64,000 nucleotides of DNA from the NCBI GenBank assembly GCA_951406725.2, contig OX597825.1, positions 19,034,001-19,098,000 of the forward strand, in the 5' to 3' direction. Both the position numbers and the translations under genes were made by a program. This document shows positions 56,387-64,000 of this stretch, piece after piece. The stretch's first letter is position 1, and every line of letters begins with the position of its first letter. The notes below the pieces were generated by a model. That model saw only the letters and a program-made list of their open reading frames with translations, was not told the DNA's origin and did not search any database. The stretch is from Octopus vulgaris. Taxonomy: Eukaryota.

Positions 56387-56772
56387 GTGGAAGCACTCCG
56401 TCGGTTACGACGATGAGGGTTCCGGTTGATCCGAATCAACGGAACAGCCTGCTCGTGAAATTAACGTGTAAGTGGCTGAGCACTCCACAGACACGTGTAC
56501 CCTTAATGTAGTTCTCGGGGATATTCAGCGGGACACAGAGAGTGACAAGGCCGGCCCTTTGAAATACAGGTACAACAGAAACAGGAAGTAAGAGTGAGAG
56601 AAAGTTGTGGTGAAAGAGTACAGCAAGGATCACCACCATCCCCTGCCGGAGCCTCGTGGAGCTGTTAGGTGTTTTTGCTCAATAAACACTCACAACGCCC
56701 TGTCTGAGAATCGAAACCGCGATCCTATGACCGCGAGTCCGCTGCCCTAACCACTGGGCCATTGCGCCTCCA
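56387..56772 (-). mobile_element. SINE family C, full length
   Basis: tRNA-like head GTGGAGGCGCAATGGCCCAGTGGTTAG...GGTTTCGATTC on the minus strand; CCATTTGATAT on both flanks (probable TSD). Confidence 0.9.
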
Positions 56773-57657
56773 CCCATTTGATATATCTCCACAGTGAACA
56801 GCGTATATCAAGGTTTGGCAAAACCGCATGTTTTAATACCTATTTTGCATTTGAGATATCTCACATGTCCACTCATCTACTGCAGTTAAATCTTACGCGT
56901 TTAAAACTCATCATTCCAAAACAGAAAATATGTCATTACTTTTAACCTACAGTCAGAAAGATTCTCATTTTACCGAGTAATAAAACAAATACTTCTGTAT
57001 ATTTTTTTTCCTTTTACGTTTGCTTCTTTTCTGCGATACTTGGATCTATTTCGTTGAGGTTTCTGTCGTTTTTTCATGGATCAAGTCACAGGAAATAATC
57101 GTTGGAAAATGTCATGATAGACGAAGTTAATTTCCTTTCGCTTCTCTCTCACTCTGGTCTCTCCTCGTTGTTTATTTCTGAAATAGCGCTGTCTAAAAGA
57201 AGTGAAACAGATAGTAATGACAAAAGAAAAGGTAAATCGAAATTAGAAGCATATCACACACAATATCTGTATTTCCTATCAAAGCAAGTTTTGATAGTTG
57301 CACAAAATGTAAGTCGTTAATGCTGCCAATATGAAGTATTACAACTATTTCTATATTTAGCATGCAAAATGTGAAGCAGTCACAAAAGTATGCTACCGAA
57401 TGTTTTACAGATTTAGTGAGAAAATTTACAAAAGAAATATAAAGTTGAAGTAATATGACGATCTGGCATTCAGGTAGCCTTTATGGATATCAAACGTAAT
57501 TGATATTAAAAGCGAGATAATTGAAAGGACGATGAAGAGCAATACAAACGCTTGAAAAACACAAAGGAATAAACTAAGTTATATATCTTACATTCCAATA
57601 CACATATGTACGCAACTATAAACACACACACACATACACAAGCATATACACACACAA

Positions 57658-57730
<73 letters not shown>

Positions 57731-57781
57731 CATGTATATATATGTAAGTGTATATATTCATACTCACACACATACATATAC

Positions 57782-57828
<47 letters not shown>

Positions 57829-57990
57829 ATGAAGTAAAACGCCAACCTTACAAGGAAAAATTCAATTTAGTATTAAATCAAATTTTGCACTATAGATATA
57901 TAAAATATAAATTGGAGATAAAGCCACTATTATGCAATTCAAACAATGATAGACAAAAACCAAAACATAAATAACAAATAAGATATATAT

Positions 57991-58612
57991 GAGCGCATGC
58001 CGAAACACCTGTTTTATGGTGAACTAGCAGAGGGAAAACGCTATCGGCGTAAACCTAAAAGAAGGTTTTTAAGGACGGTATAAGGGCTACTATGAAGTCA
58101 CTTGGAATGGATCCAGAAGAAAAAGAAACTCTTGCTTCGGATGGAGCTGGATGGCGAACAACAGCATTCGAAGAGGCCAGGACAACGCATGTAAGTCTCA
58201 AAACAGATCTAAGGAAGAATGTTACGATCAAGAAGGTGAATGCCAATGATATTTTTGCTCGGATAGTTTATGACCGACCATGCCTTTGTTTTGCTAGGCT
58301 TAAATCTTATTTGCGAACCCATGGAAAATGAACTTCCAGCTATTACTCTGCCTATATGCCTGTGCACACCTTTGAATGCAGTGCATTCCAGAAGGTCTGA
58401 AAATCTAACGGAGGACTCAAAAGACATTTTAAGATCCGTACATATCAGAACTTATCTGCAGCTCTTGGTGGTCCAAATCGGATGTGCAGTCGTTGTGGGT
58501 GTCTTTTCAGAACATTGTTTGGTGTAGAAAGCCACATCAGATGCTATGGTGGTTCTAAGGTCTAGGTACAGGAGGTGGTCAAACTCTGCATAAGGAATTG
58601 ACAACCACCATA
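57991..58612 (+). mobile_element. 3' end of an RTE-like LINE with decayed C2H2-like zinc fingers
   Basis: ERMPKHLFYGELAEGKRYRRKPKRRF...MKSLGMD...TLASDGAGWR; then RLKSYLRTH, GGLKRHFK and GVESHIRC remnants. Confidence 0.75.
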
Positions 58613-58746
58613 TACGAGGTGCATTCTCGAAGTTTAGAGACTATTGTGTATGTATGTATATATGTATGAGTATATATGCATATTCACACACAAACATACA
58701 TACATACATACACACATACATAAATACATACATACATACATACATA

Positions 58747-58794
<48 letters not shown>

Positions 58795-58797
<3 letters not shown>

Positions 58798-59000
58798 TAA
58801 TCCAAACAAGAAAACAAAAAACAAAAAAACAACAACGCAAGGATGTGGAACAAATAAAGTATTATTGGACGCCCAGGAAAGAAGGGAACAAGGAGGGTTT
58901 GACGTTTCGAGCGGAGCTCTTCGTCGGAAACATAGAAGAAGGAAAGATCCCGAGAAGAGAAGACAGGGGAAAAAATCGCTAGTGATACATACGAGGTCAC
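58795..59000 (-). mobile_element. Family H1 element; hammerhead-like motif at 58897-58931 (CCGACGA core, GUC site)
   Basis: Minus strand GTTT-CCGACGA-A-GAGC-TCC-GCTC-GAAA-CG-TC-AAAC; abuts (TA)n. Confidence 0.8.
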
Positions 59001-60350
59001 ATATATTATCTTTTACAGACATTGAATATCATCCAGCCTGGGCCCTTCAGTTAATGTGTTGGTATCATACCCAGTACATATTTTTGTAAGTCTAGTTGCT
59101 GTCTTTTTTCGCATTTCTAGACATGAACAGACTACCATATTTTGCACGGGGTGAATGACAAATGTCACCAAGACTCGCATGTAAGTTCGTACATTCTACC
59201 ACTAAACTATGCATACATATGTCAGGCTTCTTGATAATTTGCATCTATAGGTATATATTAATATGCCATGCAGTGGGACTCAATCTGAAATCACGCTGTT
59301 GTACATCGTACTTTTCAACCACTCTGTCATTCTGCCCATATGAATCTCATGATATCACATTATTACAATCTGTGGAAGTGTATTGGGTGTACATTACGCG
59401 TGTGTTATGCGTGTGTTATGAGTGTATTATATGTATGTGCATGTATATGCGTGTATTTGTATCGGAAAACATGTGTAATAACATTTGCAATGTGTAATCT
59501 ATGCATATTTTTTAATATTTTTCTTTCCGTTTTTAAGAACAATGATTAAATAGTTTTCCTATGAATGTATAAATAATATTAACTGTAGGAAGAATGCATT
59601 AACATATTATTGCTTATAAATTCATACGATTATATTGCTGTTTGTTTTAATTATTTTTTTTATGTTTTATTTACTCATATATTTATGTAACGGCACATAT
59701 TTTTGTATTCCGTTTCAATGGCATTTATTCTCAAAATTTCTATTCCTACAACTTTAGCTAAAAATTCAATTATTGAGTAATTACTTTGATCATTTATTAC
59801 ACTGTATATTAACATTGAAGAAATAAATATTATTTGGCTTTTAGCGATAATCAATCTCACCTGTTTTTACCTGATCCAATTAACATTGCTGCAAACGCAT
59901 TTCTATTCGATGATCTACATTACAATCATTTCTAATTTACTGAAATTGCTTGGAATTTACTAGGAATTTAATTGGTAAACGATTTTTTTTATTGTATTTT
60001 TATCATAATGATTTCTGCTTGAATATATTGAAACAAAAGCTCTAATATATTGCAAAGATTTAAGTCGTTCAATATATATTTCCATAGAGCTTGAACACAT
60101 TATTTCAAATGCCTTTGTTTTCAATTGTATTACAATAAAGAGAAAAAATAGCCAACCATCATAAAACAAGAAATTACCTCCAGGGCAGTTTAGTCTTCCT
60201 AGAATGAACTAACACAGTTTTACTGTATTGTTCTTGACTAGCTCTGAATTACCTTGAAGTAAGCGGATTTAAAGTCAAAGGCTTTCCAACCAAGCCTGTG
60301 CATTTTATTTAGCTATAACTCACATATTTTATTCTACATATGGTGGTACT

Positions 60351-60582
60351 TATTTCTTTACTACCCACAAGGGGCTAAACACAGAGAGGACAAACAAGGG
60401 CAGACAAACGTATCAAGTCGATTATATCGACCCCAGTGCGTCATTGGTACTTATTTAATCGACCCCGAAAGAATGAAAGGCAAAGTCGACCTCGGCGGAA
60501 TTTGAACTCAGAACGTAGCGGCAGACGAAATACAGCTAAGTATTTCGCCTGGCGCGCTAACGATTCTGCCAGCTCGTTGCCT
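60351..60582 (-). mobile_element. SINE family A, full length
   Basis: Reverse complement of the family consensus. Confidence 0.9.
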
Positions 60583-60875
60583 CAGATGGTAATACTGACG
60601 TATGTTTCGTCATAGGACAACCGACGATTGTTTATCTTTTTCTTTATATTTATTTGCGGAGCAATGTTTAAATAATTTTTCTAAAAGTTTAACCATTTAC
60701 TTGTTATTGACATCTGTGGTCTGGTTGCATTATGAGAACGTGCCTCGCAGGAAATTATGAATCAATTTTCGGGTTGTTTCACTAAAAGTGAAATGAAAAT
60801 CAATTTATCTAAAACAAATCTGAGACTGATGCCGATCCTGGTATCCAACAATATTTCTATAACATTAATATGCTT

Positions 60876-60933
<58 letters not shown>

Positions 60934-60934
<1 letters not shown>

Positions 60935-61135
60935 GTTAATCCAAACAAGAAAGCACAAGAAACACAACAACGCGGGGACGTGGAACAAATATTGTATTAT
61001 TGGACGCTCAGGAAAGAAGGAACGAAGGAGGGTTTAACGTTTCGAGCGGAGCTCTTCGTCGGAAACATAGGAGAAGGAAAGATCCAGAGAAGGGAAGACA
61101 GAGGAAAAAAATCGCCAACGGTACCCACGCGGTCA
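60934..61135 (-). mobile_element. Family H1 element; hammerhead-like motif at 61032-61066 (CCGACGA core)
   Basis: Minus strand GTTT-CCGACGA-A-GAGC-TCC-GCTC-GAAA-CG-TT-AAAC; (TA)n on both sides. Confidence 0.8.
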
Positions 61136-61215
61136 TATATATGAATGTAGTGCATTACAAAATCACATACAGAGAGCTTCGGAAAAGTTACGGTCTTTAA
61201 ATCTTGCAAAACACG

Positions 61216-61277
<62 letters not shown>

Positions 61278-61357
61278 CACAAAACACGTACACACAAACA
61301 CACATACACACACACAACACTCACACACGTATACAGTATATGATATAATATGATATA

Positions 61358-62090
61358 CAGAGGCTTGGATGGGTAAAATTGTCACCATATTCTATTTTTA
61401 ATTTTGTGCACGCGCATTATTTGCTTTTGATTTTGTCGATATCAGAGTATAGTAGATTCAGTTGGGCACCGTCTGTTAGAAAAATATCACGCAATTCAGT
61501 TTACCAGAAATTTTGAAACGACATGGCATGTTGGCGACTTTATGCTCGCATTCATCTTCCCACATTGCCTCACACTCAACACGGAGCCCTATATCAAGTA
61601 CCTGCAGGAGGTAGTACTGCCCTGGGTCAAAAGAGTGGCCACTGAGAGTCGCTATGTCTGGCAACATGAATTTGCACCATGCTACACATGCAGGCGAACA
61701 CACTCATGGCTGTCAGAAAATTTCTGCGACCACACCTCTCCTAAAATCTGGCCACCTGCCTCCCTACAGCGATCCCCTTGATTATTATGTGTGGGGCGCA
61801 GTTGAGCGAGACACCAACAAATCTCCTTATGACACCAAAGATATAATGAAGGCAAGGATTATAGTAGCATCCACCAATTTAAACAAGGAGACCGTCCAGA
61901 AGAGCTGATGGATATTCTGAAGCCGTGTGGTGGCCTTCGAACCCCATGGCGATTTTATTGAATAAATTCACTCTTTATTATTTCAAGATAATTTTTTATG
62001 TACCTTTGGTAAATATATCTGTTAAAATGAAATGTCAGTGTTATTTTCATTTTTGCCTAAATAAAACGACAATATATTCACCGCATCTTG
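61358..62090 (+). mobile_element. Internally deleted Tc1/mariner element, DD37D (maT-like)
   Basis: YVWQHEFAPCYT...WLSENF...IWPPAS/PYSDPLDYYVWG (degenerate FQQDSAPxH...WPPxSPDxNPLDY); 37 residues between the last two catalytic positions; degenerate TIRs at 61358 and 62090. Confidence 0.75.
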
Positions 62091-63167
62091 TGTGTGTGCG
62101 TATGTGTGTGTGTGTGTATGTGCATGTGAGTGTGTGTGTGTGTGCTTGTGTGAGCTTGTGTGTGCTTGTGTGTGTTTGCGCGTGTGTGTTTGTGTAGAGT
62201 TTCATCCTACACAGAACTTCCAAATCGTTAGAGTGTACTGAATTTCCTACATTTAATCAGATATCACTCTCTATTCACTCAAACATACCTTAAGCTTTTC
62301 AGCTCGTACATCTTCGATATCGGGTATTTCGTACGAATCATAATTTCTCACTTCTAAACTTATATATGCTCATGTGGGCCCAAAGATGCATCTCCGTGTA
62401 TACATCTCTCTTCAAGCTAACTCATGACTTTCAAAATACATCAATATATCTATGTAAGCTATCCTGCCTCTCTGAAGAAATTTTATAGCCCAGATCTGTA
62501 AGATATGAAGACGGCCTTCAAGAGGAGTATGCATGTCTAAGTCTTCGATATTTTCATTCATTCAGGTAAAAAAAACATGAATAATTTCGCTCTCAGCTTA
62601 GAATTTATCTGGAATCATAGAACCGGGGTATAGACGATCAATTAAATAATATTGAAGACTGTTGGTCATGTCAGTACATACTTAAACGAGCTGCCAGTGT
62701 ATGGACTTTCACTAACTGAAACACTCAGGATTGACAAGCACCCTACTGAATATTTTAGCTATCACTAGATGAGTGAACTTTTGGAAAAGTTCCAATCGCA
62801 ATAGGGTTCTAATGTATAAAAATCTGTTTCAGGAAATTCCAGTGAGTCTAGCAGATTAATTTTCTTCTGTAGTGATAGATTCTGAGTGAGAATAATCCTC
62901 TGAAAACAAAAAAAAAAAATGTTAAGTAGCAATATTTTGAAAACATGACGATATTTATTCAATGAATATAACTCTTATTGGTTTTGCCGTTACATGAATT
63001 TCTTTTCACAACTTTTAAACTTATCGTCTGATTAACCACAGACACAGACACATACAGGCGCATACAGAGCACAAGTTATATCTATGTATGCAGGTATGTA
63101 TCTACAGATATAATTATATATATATATATATTCTCTCTCTCTCTCGATGCTCACACGTGACCATCGT

Positions 63168-63253
<86 letters not shown>

Positions 63254-63289
63254 TCTCTCTCTCTCTCGTTGGTCACATGTGACCATCGT

Positions 63290-63355
<66 letters not shown>

Positions 63356-63391
63356 ACGATGGTCACATGTGACCAACGAGAGAGAGAGAGA
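63254..63391. repeat. 138-bp palindrome centred on (TA)n, preceded by a diverged direct copy of one arm (63132-63172)
   Basis: (TC)7-GTTGGTCACATGTGACCATCGTCCA-(TA)n-TGGACGATGGTCACATGTGACCAAC-(GA)7. Confidence 0.9.
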
Positions 63392-64000
63392 GAGAGTATG
63401 AGAGACAGATAGAAAACAGTGTGAGAAAAAGGGAATTCGAGAAGGCCCTTCTTTCTTTCCTTTTAGGATGTCCTAAAGACTGGACGTCTTCTATCTATTC
63501 TTTTTTCAAAGAAAATATTTCTCCAGTGTTCCCTATTTTACCCTCGTTCTGGTTTAACGACCCTCCACGTTCCTTTTCGTTTAGTTTCCTTGTATGTCTC
63601 CACTGTCCTATTTTTGTTGCCAACTTTAACCCTCCATAAATCTAAAATTTTATTTTAGTATTTATGAGAGCAACTGTCTTCGAAGACTCATATTGTCATT
63701 CAACGCGCGAAATGAGGAGTAGATTGACAGCTAATAATTGATGAAGGGTCGTTCCTTGTGTTACTTGTCTTGTTTTCCATTTCTTCTCTCCTTGTTCGCA
63801 TATTTAACTCACTTGTTTTCGCATTTCATTTTGTTTATTGTAGGTGACGTCCTGTACCCATATATGCATTTGTTCGAAAGAATAGTTCATGTTCCCTGTT
63901 ACTTGTGCTTCGCATTTTTTTTTGTAAACCTTTCGTGACATCCTATGCCCACATATGCATATATATGTACATATACGTATGTATATATGCATACATATAT

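Noticed and set aside
56690-56772. tRNA-like sequences with A/B boxes (also 17185, 39240-39313, 48110-48183)
   Set aside because: They are SINE heads continuing into SINE bodies; no complete cloverleaf was evident.

Overview
AT-rich, microsatellite-dense eukaryotic DNA with no convincing host protein-coding gene. The repeat landscape (abundant tRNA-derived SINEs, mariners, (TA)n/(CA)n tracts) resembles an octopus/cephalopod genome; this is inference. Nearly all ORFs in the track are microsatellite or repeat artefacts. The centrepiece is a young, 5'-truncated Penelope-like retroelement (RT plus C-terminal GIY-YIG endonuclease, one frameshift, 21994-23468). It is enclosed by ~1.15-kb near-identical inverted pseudo-LTRs (20842-21993 / 23445-24612), each carrying an atypical minimal hammerhead-ribozyme fold with a swapped G3-C8 core pair. 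A 255-bp fold-back mini-element with the same ribozyme and the same end points lies at 11641-11896. Seven ~200-bp non-coding elements of two further families, mostly in or next to (TA)n tracts, carry minimal hammerhead motifs in various states of decay. Other contents: four mariner copies, a DD37D (maT-like) and a Tigger/pogo remnant, a stack of R4/Dong-like LINE 3' ends in (TAA)n, RTE-like LINE remnants, a CpG-rich MITE with a 9-bp TSD, a MITE family with 6-bp TSDs, an old ~1.4-kb tandem duplication and small palindromes.
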